NCBI GenBank assembly: GCA_050953105.1
Contig: JBMNMA010000001.1
Location: 401,983 to 465,982 of the forward strand
From: Eubacteriales bacterium
GTDB lineage: Bacteria; Bacillota; Clostridia; Oscillospirales; CAG-382
Reading direction: 5' to 3'
Length of the DNA: 64,000 nucleotides
Positions within the stretch are counted from its first letter, which is position 1; the number at the start of each line of letters is the position of its first letter. Below are positions 17,919 through 28,225 of this stretch, one piece after another. The notes under the pieces were generated by a model. The model was not told the DNA's origin and ran no database searches. It saw only the letters and a list, made by a program, of their open reading frames with translations. The position numbers were made by a program, and so were the translations under genes.

Positions 17919-18634
17919 ATCCCGTAGAGCTTGATAAAAGGCTTAGGAATGCCTTTGGCACCAGTGAGGAATGGGATGCCGACGGTATTCAGATAGACCT
18001 GGGAAACGATATTAAAAAGGCGGTTGTTTCCCTTGATTTAACAAGCGATGTTATTGATTTTGCCATAAAAACCAAAGCGGATGTTGTTATAAACCATCAT
18101 CCGCTATTTTTCAATGGAGTAAAAAACCTTTCTGTATCCGACAGCGTTGGAAAGCGGGCACTTTCTTGTGTAAAAAATAACATTTCGGTGCTTGCCTATC
18201 ATACCTGCCTTGATATGACATCCGGCGGAGTTAACGACAGTTTATGCGACATACTGGGGATAAAAAATTTGGTGCCATTCCTTCCCTTCGGCCGGCTGGG
18301 GAGTATTGAAAATGAACTTGATTTGGATTCATTTGTCAAGCTCTGCGAAGAAAGGTTAAACACCAGGGTGCAAAATACCGTCAACTGCGGAAAGACGGTT
18401 AAAAATATTGCCGTAATATCCGGCAGCGGCAAGGATTACATTGATGATGTTTTAAAAACCGGTGCAGACACCTTTTTAACCGGCGAGGTTAACCACGCCG
18501 CCATGATTGACTGTAAGGAATATGGCCTAAACCTTGTGTGTGCCACCCATTTTGCCACCGAAAACGTGGTTTTGCCTTTTCTTAAAAAACAGCTTGGCCT
18601 TTATGTGCCGGAGGTTGAAATATATGGCCTTTGA
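17915..18634 (+). CDS. Nif3-like dinuclear metal centre protein (short form)
   Basis: VINHHPLFF, TGEVNHAA, CATHFATE metal-ligand motifs. Confidence 0.85.
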   Translation: MNPVELDKRLRNAFGTSEEWDADGIQIDLGNDIKKAVVSLDLTSDVIDFAIKTKADVVINHHPLFFNGVKNLSVSDSVGKRALSCVKNNISVLAYHTCLDMTSGGVNDSLCDILGIKNLVPFLPFGRLGSIENELDLDSFVKLCEERLNTRVQNTVNCGKTVKNIAVISGSGKDYIDDVLKTGADTFLTGEVNHAAMIDCKEYGLNLVCATHFATENVVLPFLKKQLGLYVPEVEIYGL

Positions 18635-20327
18635 CGGATTTTTTTGCCGCGGCATATCGGGCGAACTGAACAAGACAATTTCAAATTACAGAATAGACAG
18701 AATTAACTGCCAGAACGGGACAGCCGAGTTTTCACTGTACGGCGACGGGAGTAAGAAGTTTTTATTTATATCCCTCCTTGCTTCAGCCAACTTTGTGTCC
18801 GTGTCAAATATTCCTTTTCTGGCAAACGACGCTCCCTCCGCCTTCTGCCTGCTGCTTAGAAAGCATCTTATAAACGGGCGGATAAAGGAAGTTTCACATG
18901 TAGAAAACGAAAGAATTATAAAGTTTATAATAAATTCTCCCGACGAGCTTGGGCATCTTTCCGAAAAAGTCCTCTATGCCGAAATTATGGGTAAATATTC
19001 AAACCTTGTCCTTACCAAGGGGGGAAGAATATTAGGCAGCCTGTATTCGGCAGACCTGGTTTCCTACAAGCGGGCGCTTATACCGGGGTTGGAATATGAG
19101 CTTCCTCCTGCCCAGGACAAGCTGTCGGCTAAGGATGTGGGTTTTGAAAAGTTCAAATCCTTATGCCAAATGTCTGCCGACAAGGAGGCATACCGCTTTC
19201 TTATAGACAATTTCTTTTGTTTTTCCCCCACCACCGCCTGGGAGGTGGTTTATACCGCCGCCGGCAACGGGGATTTATTAGTAGGTGAGGTTGACTGCCG
19301 AAGGCTGTATGAGTCTGTTTTAAACCTTTATGCCCTTATTGATTCGGGTTCCTTTACACCTACGGCGGTTTACAAAGACGGCAAGGCCACCGAATTTTCC
19401 TTTACCGACATACACCGCTACGGCAACCTTGAAAAAAGGTATTATCCCACCCTATGCAACCTTGCTTCATCCTTTTTCGGGGACAAGACCACCAGGGATA
19501 TATTGAAAGAACGGACGGCGGATTTACAAAAGCTTATTCAAAACCGTATAAAGCGGATAGAAAAAAAAGAAGCCCTTCAGCACGAAGAGCTTGACGAATG
19601 TAAAAAGAAGGATAAATACCGGCTTTACGGGGAGCTTTTAACCGCAAACCTTTACCGGCTTAAGCAGGGGGAGGAAAAATGTGTCTGCCTTGACTGGTGC
19701 ACTGGCAAAGATGTGGAAATTCCCCTTGACAAGCGCCTTTCCCCTTCCAAAAACGCCGAGGGCTTTTTTAAAAAATACCGCAAGCTTTCCAATGCCGAAA
19801 AGGTTATAGTAGGTCAGCTTGCCGAAAGCCGGGCCGAAAGGGAATACCTTGAAACGGTGCTGGATAACGTCAACCGCTGCGAAAGCATGGAGGAAGCCGA
19901 AAATATTCGGGACGAGCTGGTGCTTGCCGGTTATTTAAAGAAAAAGGACAAAAAAACCCAGCGCAAAGAGGTAAAACCCTTTGAGTATAAAACCGCCGGC
20001 GGTTTTACCGTCCGGGTAGGGAAAAACAACCTGATGAACGACGCTCTTACCAAATCGGCAGGTAAAAACGACCTTTGGTTTCATGTAAAGGATTTTCCGG
20101 GCAGTCATGTAATATTATACACCGATGGCCGGGAACCGGGGGACGATGACTACACCCAGGCCGCCTGTGTTGCGGCATACCATTCGTCGGTGCGGGGGGG
20201 CAAAAATATTCAGGTGGACTACACAAGGGTTAAGAATATTAAAAAGCCCAACGGATCAAAACCGGGGTATGTTATTTACGATAAATACTACACCGCTGTG
20301 GCCGACGGCAGTAAACTCCCCTTCTAG
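18624..20327 (+). CDS. rqcH: Ribosome quality control protein RqcH (NFACT / FbpA family)
   Basis: MAFDGFF start. NFACT-N blocks (ERIIKF.., YAEIMGKYSNLVL). C-terminal DLWFHVKDFPGSHVIL. The ORF-track start 18534 lies inside the Nif3 gene and is rejected. Confidence 0.85.
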   Translation: MAFDGFFCRGISGELNKTISNYRIDRINCQNGTAEFSLYGDGSKKFLFISLLASANFVSVSNIPFLANDAPSAFCLLLRKHLINGRIKEVSHVENERIIKFIINSPDELGHLSEKVLYAEIMGKYSNLVLTKGGRILGSLYSADLVSYKRALIPGLEYELPPAQDKLSAKDVGFEKFKSLCQMSADKEAYRFLIDNFFCFSPTTAWEVVYTAAGNGDLLVGEVDCRRLYESVLNLYALIDSGSFTPTAVYKDGKATEFSFTDIHRYGNLEKRYYPTLCNLASSFFGDKTTRDILKERTADLQKLIQNRIKRIEKKEALQHEELDECKKKDKYRLYGELLTANLYRLKQGEEKCVCLDWCTGKDVEIPLDKRLSPSKNAEGFFKKYRKLSNAEKVIVGQLAESRAEREYLETVLDNVNRCESMEEAENIRDELVLAGYLKKKDKKTQRKEVKPFEYKTAGGFTVRVGKNNLMNDALTKSAGKNDLWFHVKDFPGSHVILYTDGREPGDDDYTQAACVAAYHSSVRGGKNIQVDYTRVKNIKKPNGSKPGYVIYDKYYTAVADGSKLPF

Positions 20328-21046
20328 CCATCCAATTCCATAACACCGGCAATCCCCTCCCTTATCACAAGATCGGCTATTTTATCCGCCGGGGTGGGGG
20401 TTTTGTTTATTAAAACCAGCTTTCTGCCGCAAAAGCAGTTTATAAATGAAGCGGCGGGGTAAACGGTAAGGGACGTTCCCCCAACAATTAGCACATCCGC
20501 TTTTGAAATGGCATCTATCGCCCCGTTTATACATTCGTTGTCCAGGCTTTCCTCATACAGCACCACGTCGGGCTTGACTATGCCGCCGCAGAGGGTGCAT
20601 CTGGGTATGCCTTGGGTGTTTATAATATGGTTGACGGTGTAGAAACTGCCGCAATCCATACAGAAATTGCGGTAAACCGAGCCGTGGAGTTCATATACCC
20701 TTTTGCTCCCGGCAGCCTGGTGAAGGCCGTCTATATTTTGGGTAATAACGGCCTTTAACTTACCTTCTTTCTCAAGTTTTGCAAGGGTTTGGTGGCAGGT
20801 GTTTGGCTTGGCGTCAAGATAAATCATCTTGTCCCGGTAAAATTTATAAAAAACATCCGTATGCTTTATAAAAAAGGTATGTGAAAGGATAACCTCCGGC
20901 GGGTAGTCGTATTTTTGGCTGTAAAGTCCGTCGGTGGAGCGGAAATCGGGTATTCCACTGGCGGTGGACACCCCTGCCCCGCCGAAAAAGACTATGTTTT
21001 CTGAGTCTTGGATTATTTCTTTAAGCTGTGTATTCAATATAACCAC
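20324..21046 (-). CDS. cobB: NAD-dependent protein deacylase (sirtuin, CobB-like)
   Basis: GGAGVSTASGIPDFRS, QNIDGLH, Zn site CMDCG...CTLCGG. Confidence 0.9.
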   Translation of the reverse strand: MVILNTQLKEIIQDSENIVFFGGAGVSTASGIPDFRSTDGLYSQKYDYPPEVILSHTFFIKHTDVFYKFYRDKMIYLDAKPNTCHQTLAKLEKEGKLKAVITQNIDGLHQAAGSKRVYELHGSVYRNFCMDCGSFYTVNHIINTQGIPRCTLCGGIVKPDVVLYEESLDNECINGAIDAISKADVLIVGGTSLTVYPAASFINCFCGRKLVLINKTPTPADKIADLVIREGIAGVMELDG

Positions 21047-21155
21047 CCTATAATATAAAAATTCGTTTTACCGCTGTTAAGTAAATAGCACCGGAAAATT
21101 CAATAAAATAAGTATAACACAATGGTTTTTTCAATTCAAGAAATATAAAAAGGAG

Positions 21156-23138
21156 GTGGCAAAAAAATTGGCAGTTCTGCTTTCCCCGGCGGGGGATATG
21201 GAAAGCCTTAAGGCGGCAATTTATGCCGGAGCGGATGAGGTGTATTTCGGCCTTTCAGACTTTAACGCGCGAAAGGGCGCAAAAAACTTTTCTGTAAATG
21301 AGGCAAAGGAGGCCATTTTACTTTGCCGCCTGTATGGAGTCAAGGTTAATATAACGTTAAACACCCTGCTTTATGCCGGGGAATACTCTGCCGCCGTGCG
21401 GCTTGTGGAGGAAATGGAAAAGGATTTGCCTCCGGATGCCTATATTATTCAGGATATAGGCCTGGCCTATGAATTAAAGCTCAATTTTCCCCATATATCC
21501 CTTCATGCCTCGACCCAGATGCAGGTACACGGCTCTTATGGCAACAATCTGCTAAAGCGTCTCGGCTTTACCCGTATTGTGCTGGCCCGAGAGATGGCAC
21601 GAGAGGATATAAAAATATTTGCGTCGTCGGGGATAGAAACAGAGGTGTTTGTCCACGGGGCGTTATGCGTTTGCCGGTCGGGGGGCTGCCTCATGTCGTC
21701 TATGATAGGCAAGCGGTCGGGTAACCGGGGTGAATGCGCCTATCCCTGCCGGATGAAATATAACGGCGGCTATCCCCTTTCTTTAAAGGACAACTGCCTT
21801 GCCGGTAAAATTCCGGATCTTATTGATATGGGGGTTGACGCCTTTAAGATTGAAGGGCGAATGAAGTCGCCCGAATACGTTTACGGCGTAACCAGGGTTT
21901 ACAGAACTCTTATTGACGAAAACCGTCCCGCCACCCCGGATGAAATGAAATACCTTTCCGAACTGTTTTCAAGAAGCGGCTTTACCGACGGTTATTACAC
22001 CAACCACCTGGGCAAAGGAATGTTCGGTGTCCGCACCGAGGCCGACAAGGAAAAAACAAGAAAAGCAGAAATTAACATAGCCGAACGAAAAATCCCCCTT
22101 TTCATTTCCGCTAAAGCGGAGGAGGGAAAGCCTGTTGGCCTTACTTTGTCGGCAGATGACATTAAGGTAACTGCAAAAGGCTTTGTCCCAGAAAAAGCAA
22201 TATCTAAAGGGACAACAAAAGAAGAAGTATTAAAGCAGCTTACCAAGCTGGGAAACACCGTCTTTTTTGCCGAAAGGGCGGAAATTAACCCCTTTGCCGA
22301 GGGATTTTACCCGGTTTCTGCGTTAAATTCCCTGCGCAGAGAAGCGGTGGGACTGCTTGAAAAAGAGATAATAGCCAAAAATACTCCCAAAAAGCTTGAT
22401 TTTACACCTATTGAAATTACTTTACCCGAAAAGTCGGATAACGGTCTGGTTTTACGCTTTGAAGGGGATATTATAAACCGGGATATTTTAAATAAAGCCA
22501 AGCGGATAGAAGTGCCGTTATGGAAGGAAAGCCTTTGGGAAGGGCTTTTGGAATACAAGGACAGACTTTCATTAATTTTGCCGGGATTTATATTTGACAG
22601 CAAAATCGACAATATAAAAAGGCTTATTAAAAAAGCTAAAGATGCCGGCATAACCCGGCTTACTCTGCCCAATTTAACCTTTATTTCCCTTTGTGACGGC
22701 TTTAAATTGCATGGAGATTTTCAAAACAACTGCCTTACCCAAAGGGCGGCAGGAGTGCTTTATGCCCTTGGTTTTGAAACGGTGTGCGCATCGCCGGAGG
22801 CTAAGACGGCAAGCTGGGAAAATGCCGAAAAAATTATTTACGGCAACATACCCCTTATGAACACCAGAAACTGTGTTATCAAAAACTGCTCGTCCTGCGT
22901 TAACGGGAAATCCTTTTACCTTACCGACCGGACAGGCGCGGCTTTTCCGGTGTTTTGCGGATATGAGCATTCCAATATAATTTACAACTCGGTTCCCCTT
23001 TGGCTGCTTGACAGACCGGTTGACTGTTCGCCGGTGATTATTTTCACCACCGAAAGCCAAAAGCGCCAGGCAGAGATAATTGATGCCTTTGAAAAGAAAA
23101 AGGCACCTGAGGGAAAATTTACACGAGGTTACGCCTGA
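21156..23138 (+). CDS. Peptidase U32 family protein (long form)
   Basis: EVFVHGALCVCRSGGCLMSS is the U32 signature. The start is either GTG 21156 or, more likely, TTG 21168, which lies 11 nt after AGGAGG. Confidence 0.85.
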   Translation: MAKKLAVLLSPAGDMESLKAAIYAGADEVYFGLSDFNARKGAKNFSVNEAKEAILLCRLYGVKVNITLNTLLYAGEYSAAVRLVEEMEKDLPPDAYIIQDIGLAYELKLNFPHISLHASTQMQVHGSYGNNLLKRLGFTRIVLAREMAREDIKIFASSGIETEVFVHGALCVCRSGGCLMSSMIGKRSGNRGECAYPCRMKYNGGYPLSLKDNCLAGKIPDLIDMGVDAFKIEGRMKSPEYVYGVTRVYRTLIDENRPATPDEMKYLSELFSRSGFTDGYYTNHLGKGMFGVRTEADKEKTRKAEINIAERKIPLFISAKAEEGKPVGLTLSADDIKVTAKGFVPEKAISKGTTKEEVLKQLTKLGNTVFFAERAEINPFAEGFYPVSALNSLRREAVGLLEKEIIAKNTPKKLDFTPIEITLPEKSDNGLVLRFEGDIINRDILNKAKRIEVPLWKESLWEGLLEYKDRLSLILPGFIFDSKIDNIKRLIKKAKDAGITRLTLPNLTFISLCDGFKLHGDFQNNCLTQRAAGVLYALGFETVCASPEAKTASWENAEKIIYGNIPLMNTRNCVIKNCSSCVNGKSFYLTDRTGAAFPVFCGYEHSNIIYNSVPLWLLDRPVDCSPVIIFTTESQKRQAEIIDAFEKKKAPEGKFTRGYA

Positions 23139-23155
23139 ATTTAGCCAAAACAAGT

Positions 23156-23181
23156 AAAAAGCCGGCATTAGCCGGCTTTTA
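23156..23181. terminator. Bidirectional terminator (U32 gene / minus-strand ABC operon)
   Basis: aaaaagccggc-atta-gccggctttt. Confidence 0.85.
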
Positions 23182-23922
23182 TTATTGGAATATTACGTTG
23201 TAATTTACCCCGATTTCAAGCATATAGTCTTCCAAATTGACATCCCTGCCGGGGATATAGGGCGGGGTTTCATAAAGATACAGCTTAAAAGCAATGGTCA
23301 TGCTTTTTACCGAACCGGCGTCGATTATATACGAAATTGAGGCGTTTTTAATATTCATAAGCTCATGATTAGGGTTGGCAATCATGGCCGTTTCGTATAT
23401 ATCCATGCCTATAAGGGGAAAAAGCAAATCCTTTGGGTTTTTAAGGTAGACCTTATATCCCTTTCCCTCGGCGGTGTCAAGGTTATCTATGCCTGTGATA
23501 TACCCTTTTTCGGGGACAAAGGGTTTTACAAATATCATTTTACCGAAAAACTCTTCTTCATCAACGCTTCCGGAATAGATAACTCCGTCAACGGTGGTGG
23601 TGGAAATACCGTTTTTATATTCCACCTTTACGCCGGAGGATGCCCCTAAAACCGTCTGAGTCATGGTGGCGCTGACATAGGGCGTATCCCCCGACAAGTC
23701 AACCTCATAATAGCCGTGGGCATACATAAGGGTTACGTCTTCTTCCGAAAAGGTCATTTCAAGTCTGAAGCTTTTTGCCTTGTAGGAATCCGACGATGTT
23801 ACCTTATCGCAGGCATCTTTTAATGATGAAATAATGCCCTCGTCGGCGCCGTGGTCATACCCCTTTGCGCAGGACACAAGCAAAACCAAGACTATTAGGA
23901 AGAGTAATGCCTGTCTTTTCAT
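23182..23922 (-). CDS. Lipoprotein of unknown function (LolA-like/DUF-type, last gene of the ABC-GldG operon)
   Basis: Lipobox LVLLVSCAKG. The start overlaps the upstream stop (ATGA). Confidence 0.7.
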   Translation of the reverse strand: MKRQALLFLIVLVLLVSCAKGYDHGADEGIISSLKDACDKVTSSDSYKAKSFRLEMTFSEEDVTLMYAHGYYEVDLSGDTPYVSATMTQTVLGASSGVKVEYKNGISTTTVDGVIYSGSVDEEEFFGKMIFVKPFVPEKGYITGIDNLDTAEGKGYKVYLKNPKDLLFPLIGMDIYETAMIANPNHELMNIKNASISYIIDAGSVKSMTIAFKLYLYETPPYIPGRDVNLEDYMLEIGVNYNVIFQ

Positions 23923-26576
23923 CTGGGCACGTCTTCGCCGTTGATAAGCTTGCGGAGGTTGGATATAACGGTGGAAATATCGGAATACAGCACATAGGAT
24001 TCGGAATATTCACCGTTAATCTGATACAGTACCTTAGAGGCCGACACTTTGTAGAACTTGATTTCGGTATCCTTAAGCTCGGAGTGCATGGTAAAGCGGA
24101 ACAGCAGCTTGTCTTCGGTTATTTCCCCTTCGGCAGGGACATAGCTTCCTGCCCGGGTGCATTCCAGCACCGAAACGTAAACATAGCGGAAGTTCTGGGT
24201 GTGCACATAACCGTCCTTGTAGGCCACCTTGTCCATTTTGCCGTCATCGTCGGTGTCAAGGAGCTTGAAGGTGTGAACCTCGCCGCCGAATTCCATTTCA
24301 ATGGTGTCAATCTTGTCGATATACATTGAAAATGCAGACCGGTCAACCAGGTCGGAAACCGTCCAGCTAAGGTAGGGAGCGGTATCGAATTTTATCTTAA
24401 CAATGGTGTTGGGAGAATAGCTTACCGTCTTGCCGTCGCTGCCGGTATAGCTGACGGTGGCAAAGGCGTAATACCATTTATCCTCATCTGTTTCCCCTTT
24501 CTGGAGGGGGGAAATATAAATATAGGATTTATACTCTTTGTATTTGTAGTAGATAACCTTTTGGGGGTCGTCAAGGAAATACTTCTTTAAAAGCTCCTGA
24601 GTTTCCTCCTCGCTGCGGTCATCATTATAAACGTTGTATTCCACAACCTCGTCACCCACAAGGGTGGTTATGCCGTACAGGGTGTTGGAGAAGGTGGAAG
24701 GGTCGGGAACTGTATAGAGGGTGCCGGGCAGGATGAACTTTTGGGGTGATAAAATCTTCCATATACCCGTAACCGACTCGTTGGGGATGGCGTCCTTGCC
24801 GTCGGCATAGGCGGTAAGCTCGTCCATAACCACATATCCGTCGTCCTGGGGGGATGGGGTTATGGTAACCCTAATTGCCCGGACAGGCTTGTCATAGGTG
24901 AAGGAAACGGCATACTGCTTGTAGCTGCCTTCGCCCTGACTGAAGGCGGTTATCTTGCCCACCTCAACATAGGTCGGGGTTTCTTCTTCCTCCGATTCCT
25001 CGCCCGATTCGTCGCTGTCGCTTTGCGGATTGGGAGCATAAACCTCAATTTTTACCGACAACGGCAGGTAGGCTCCCTTGGCGGTGTCCCGCACCAGGCC
25101 GAACTTAACCGAATACTCGTTTGTTTTAATGGCGTAGTTGGTCAGGTTCATCTGGATAACCATATCCTTGCCGTCGCTTGATTTTGCTCCCACAAAGGCG
25201 GTGTTTTTGGTCCAGTCGGAATAATCACCCTTAAGGCGGACCTTGTCGTTTAACACGCTGCCGATTGCCTGCTTTTCGTTACTGGTTTTCATGTTTGAAG
25301 ACAAAACCAGGTCCTTCTTTTGGGTTATATACAAGTCGGTTTGGCTGTCAATGTATCTTATAAATACCTCGTCAATGTTGTAGGTATCATTGGGGGAGGA
25401 TAACACATAGCCCAGGTTTGCCGTCAGTATCTTGGTAAGGGGGGCAAGGACGTTTTCCTTGTAGCTGGCGTCAAGAATATAGACGTGGTTCTTATTGTAA
25501 TACTTGGCATAAAAACGGTTGGTGGTGGGCAGCTCGTCACCGATTAATATCTTGTGGTATTTGCCGTCGGTGGTGTGAATTTCTATAATGGCGGAGGCCT
25601 CCTCCTCGGAACCCAGACCGTAGTCGGAAAGGTTGGAGGGGTTGGAAATTTTACCGAAGGACAGCATATAGGTGCAGTTAACTATAAAGGAGGCGAATTT
25701 CTCCTGGTCATACTGGCAGAATTCCGCACCTTCAAAGAAAAATTCGGTGGCGGCTCCGTTTTTGACGCTGTAAGCCGTGTAGGAACCGTACTGGTTGGTT
25801 ATTTTGATTTTATCCACATCAGCACGGGTAATGGCAGGATAAAGGAAGGGGCGGTTGTTGCTTAAAACGTCCCCGTCAAGGTCGTAGCCGGGGAGGGCCC
25901 ACTTTGAAAAGGAATCGGCGTTCCCCAAGTCGGTGCGTGAAGTTACCTCAAGGATGGCATAGCCGAAAATAATTTCGCCGTTGAAGGAAAAGCGGGTGCC
26001 GTCCTCAAGGGTGTTGAAAAATTCGGCTTCATCAAAGGTACGCTGGTTGTCCCCTGACCTTACGGTGCAGTAGGCTGTTCCTTCGCCGTAAATCACTTTA
26101 ACGCTCTCGAATTCATATTCAAAGGTGCGGGCAAAGGCAAGGACAAATTTACCGTATTTGTCGGCTTCAAGGTGAGCCTTGGTGTCCTTGAACACGATTT
26201 CTACGTTGTTGTTTATTTGTCCGATTATATTATAACAGTTTGCGGAAAGCTGATAAACATCAAAGTCGGGCTTGTTGCCGCTGTTTTTCAGCACCAGCTC
26301 ATAAACCCCGAAAAGGATTGCCGCCACAAGGAAAAGGGATGTAAGAACTATTATCCTTGCCTTTCTGCCGGTAGGCATTTTGGCTTTTTTCCGTCCGCCG
26401 ACTTGTTTAAAGGATTTATATATCTCCTCGTCTTCTTCCTCCGCCGGCTCCTCCTCTTTTAAGGCGTCGCCCGAGAAATACTGACGTTCGAAATAATCCC
26501 GTTCATCCTTTTCCACAGGGGGTTGGTTATTTTCGTTGTTTTCTTCAGGAATCTGATTGGTTTGCTTTTCATCCAT
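23919..26576 (-). CDS. Very large single-pass membrane protein, DUF4340-like (GldG-operon partner)
   Basis: Acidic cytoplasmic N-terminus, one TM (IIVLTSLFLVAAILFGVYELVL), and about 790 aa outside. It sits immediately downstream of the GldG-like gene, as in ABC/ABC-2/GldG/DUF4340 operons. The family call is from context and memory. Confidence 0.55.
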   Translation of the reverse strand: MDEKQTNQIPEENNENNQPPVEKDERDYFERQYFSGDALKEEEPAEEEDEEIYKSFKQVGGRKKAKMPTGRKARIIVLTSLFLVAAILFGVYELVLKNSGNKPDFDVYQLSANCYNIIGQINNNVEIVFKDTKAHLEADKYGKFVLAFARTFEYEFESVKVIYGEGTAYCTVRSGDNQRTFDEAEFFNTLEDGTRFSFNGEIIFGYAILEVTSRTDLGNADSFSKWALPGYDLDGDVLSNNRPFLYPAITRADVDKIKITNQYGSYTAYSVKNGAATEFFFEGAEFCQYDQEKFASFIVNCTYMLSFGKISNPSNLSDYGLGSEEEASAIIEIHTTDGKYHKILIGDELPTTNRFYAKYYNKNHVYILDASYKENVLAPLTKILTANLGYVLSSPNDTYNIDEVFIRYIDSQTDLYITQKKDLVLSSNMKTSNEKQAIGSVLNDKVRLKGDYSDWTKNTAFVGAKSSDGKDMVIQMNLTNYAIKTNEYSVKFGLVRDTAKGAYLPLSVKIEVYAPNPQSDSDESGEESEEEETPTYVEVGKITAFSQGEGSYKQYAVSFTYDKPVRAIRVTITPSPQDDGYVVMDELTAYADGKDAIPNESVTGIWKILSPQKFILPGTLYTVPDPSTFSNTLYGITTLVGDEVVEYNVYNDDRSEEETQELLKKYFLDDPQKVIYYKYKEYKSYIYISPLQKGETDEDKWYYAFATVSYTGSDGKTVSYSPNTIVKIKFDTAPYLSWTVSDLVDRSAFSMYIDKIDTIEMEFGGEVHTFKLLDTDDDGKMDKVAYKDGYVHTQNFRYVYVSVLECTRAGSYVPAEGEITEDKLLFRFTMHSELKDTEIKFYKVSASKVLYQINGEYSESYVLYSDISTVISNLRKLINGEDVPR

Positions 26577-26616
26577 TTTTTAAATCTCTTCCTTTACAGT
26601 AAACGGGAAATGTATA

Positions 26617-28185
26617 TTACAGGTGCCGTCTCTTGAGGAACACTGCGATACCTATAATTATAATTACCACCGGTATGGCACAGGTAACGAGAATCATAAG
26701 CTTTTTGGCGGTTCCGCTGCTAAGAGTCAGGACTGCCTTGTCGAATATCTTGTAATCGATGTCCAAAGATACCCGGTCGGTAGCCATGGCACGGGTGGCC
26801 GAAAACATTATCTGTCTGTTGCCGTAGGTAACGTCAAGATAGTTGTTGTTTGCAAAATCCACCGAGCCTACCAGCATTACATACTGATATTTATTGGAGT
26901 TGTAGTTAAAGTCATCGTTAGCGTAAGTGTGGTAGGTGGATATGGCAAGCAACGGACAGGATTCCGCAGGCTTGGTAATAAGCTCGCCGGTGTTTTCGTC
27001 ATTATAGGTTATTTTGGCAGTCGGGTTGGCAAACACCGAAACTTCCACATAAATGTCCCTGAGTCCAGTGGTGTCGGCCTTAATGGCAACGGCGTTGTTG
27101 AATACGCTGGAAACCCCTGCGGACGAAGCCATTTTATGAAGAACGTAAGCCGCAGACGAGTTGGTGCCGGAGGAATATTTGCCTATAACCGCCTGGAAGC
27201 CCGAACCTTTAAGGGAGTTTTCTTCGTCGGTTACCTTGTGGTTGGGAAGATAGTCAAGTCCCCATTCCTCCCATAAAAAGTCCCGCAAGTGAGGCAGGTC
27301 GGGGGTGGAGGCGTCAACAAACACCATTAAGGAATGATAGGTGGTCTTGTCGGAAAGAAAGTCGGAAATTTTTTCGATTTCCCCGTCGGTGCCGTAGGTA
27401 AAGTCGAATTTCGGCCCGCAAATAACAAGTATGTTTGCATCAGCCGGTATTTCCTCTTTACGAAGGTCTACTTCCACAACAGTAAGGGTGGAAAGAACGA
27501 ATATATCCTTTAGCTGTTTGGAATAGGTTTCACCGTGTCCCACAGACAGCGCCACCGACATATTCTCGGCAGCGGCGCACTGGATTATGGAGGCGGTAAA
27601 GCGGTTTTCACCCTGGAAGGCGTAAAGCCGGCCGGTTTCTTCGGCCGTTCTGTAAAAGGCCTCAAAGGTTAAAACCCGGTAGTATTTAAGGTTTGTGTTA
27701 TTTTGGATTATTATATTTGTGGAGGAGATTGAATCAACCTGAGTCTGCTCTTTAATTTTAACGGCCGACGCCGGGTCGGAAATTATGTCGATATACTTTA
27801 CCGTAATTTTTCCCTTGCCGTCGGTGCCGTCGTATATGCGTTCATATTCCTCTGCAAGGTCCCGGACAGCGGTGTAATAGGTTTTTACATCGGTTACCAA
27901 TGTGTTGTAATATTCAAACATATCTCTGTCGGCGCAGAAGGTTATGGTAATGTCAAAGGTGGAATATTTGTCCCCCAGGGCGGTGCGAAGGGCTTTGTCC
28001 ACTTCCGGCCCCACCGAATACATTTGATTTTCGGTTACGTCTATTTTAAGGTCGTATTTTGCATCAAGGAAGGAAACCACCAGATTGAGGGCAATAACCA
28101 GTGCTATAAACACCGCAATAAACACAACCGAGTAGGAGCCGTATTTGAACTTGTTGGATTTTAGAAGATTTTTAACTTTTCCCAT
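26617..28185 (-). CDS. GldG-like ABC-transporter accessory protein (N- and C-terminal TM anchors)
   Basis: TM at both ends (YSVVFIAVFIALVIALNLVV; LMILVTCAIPVVIIIIGIAVFL) with a large extracytoplasmic domain, in the gene order ATPase-permease-GldG. Confidence 0.6.
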   Translation of the reverse strand: MGKVKNLLKSNKFKYGSYSVVFIAVFIALVIALNLVVSFLDAKYDLKIDVTENQMYSVGPEVDKALRTALGDKYSTFDITITFCADRDMFEYYNTLVTDVKTYYTAVRDLAEEYERIYDGTDGKGKITVKYIDIISDPASAVKIKEQTQVDSISSTNIIIQNNTNLKYYRVLTFEAFYRTAEETGRLYAFQGENRFTASIIQCAAAENMSVALSVGHGETYSKQLKDIFVLSTLTVVEVDLRKEEIPADANILVICGPKFDFTYGTDGEIEKISDFLSDKTTYHSLMVFVDASTPDLPHLRDFLWEEWGLDYLPNHKVTDEENSLKGSGFQAVIGKYSSGTNSSAAYVLHKMASSAGVSSVFNNAVAIKADTTGLRDIYVEVSVFANPTAKITYNDENTGELITKPAESCPLLAISTYHTYANDDFNYNSNKYQYVMLVGSVDFANNNYLDVTYGNRQIMFSATRAMATDRVSLDIDYKIFDKAVLTLSSGTAKKLMILVTCAIPVVIIIIGIAVFLKRRHL

Positions 28186-28225
28186 TGTTTATCATACCTT
28201 TCTTACAATCAAACGATTGCTTTCC

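Noticed and set aside
18534-18623. An upstream extension of the rqcH ORF (track start 18534).
   Set aside because: The extension lies within the Nif3 coding region in another frame. The conserved NFACT N-terminus begins at MAFDGFF (ATG 18624).
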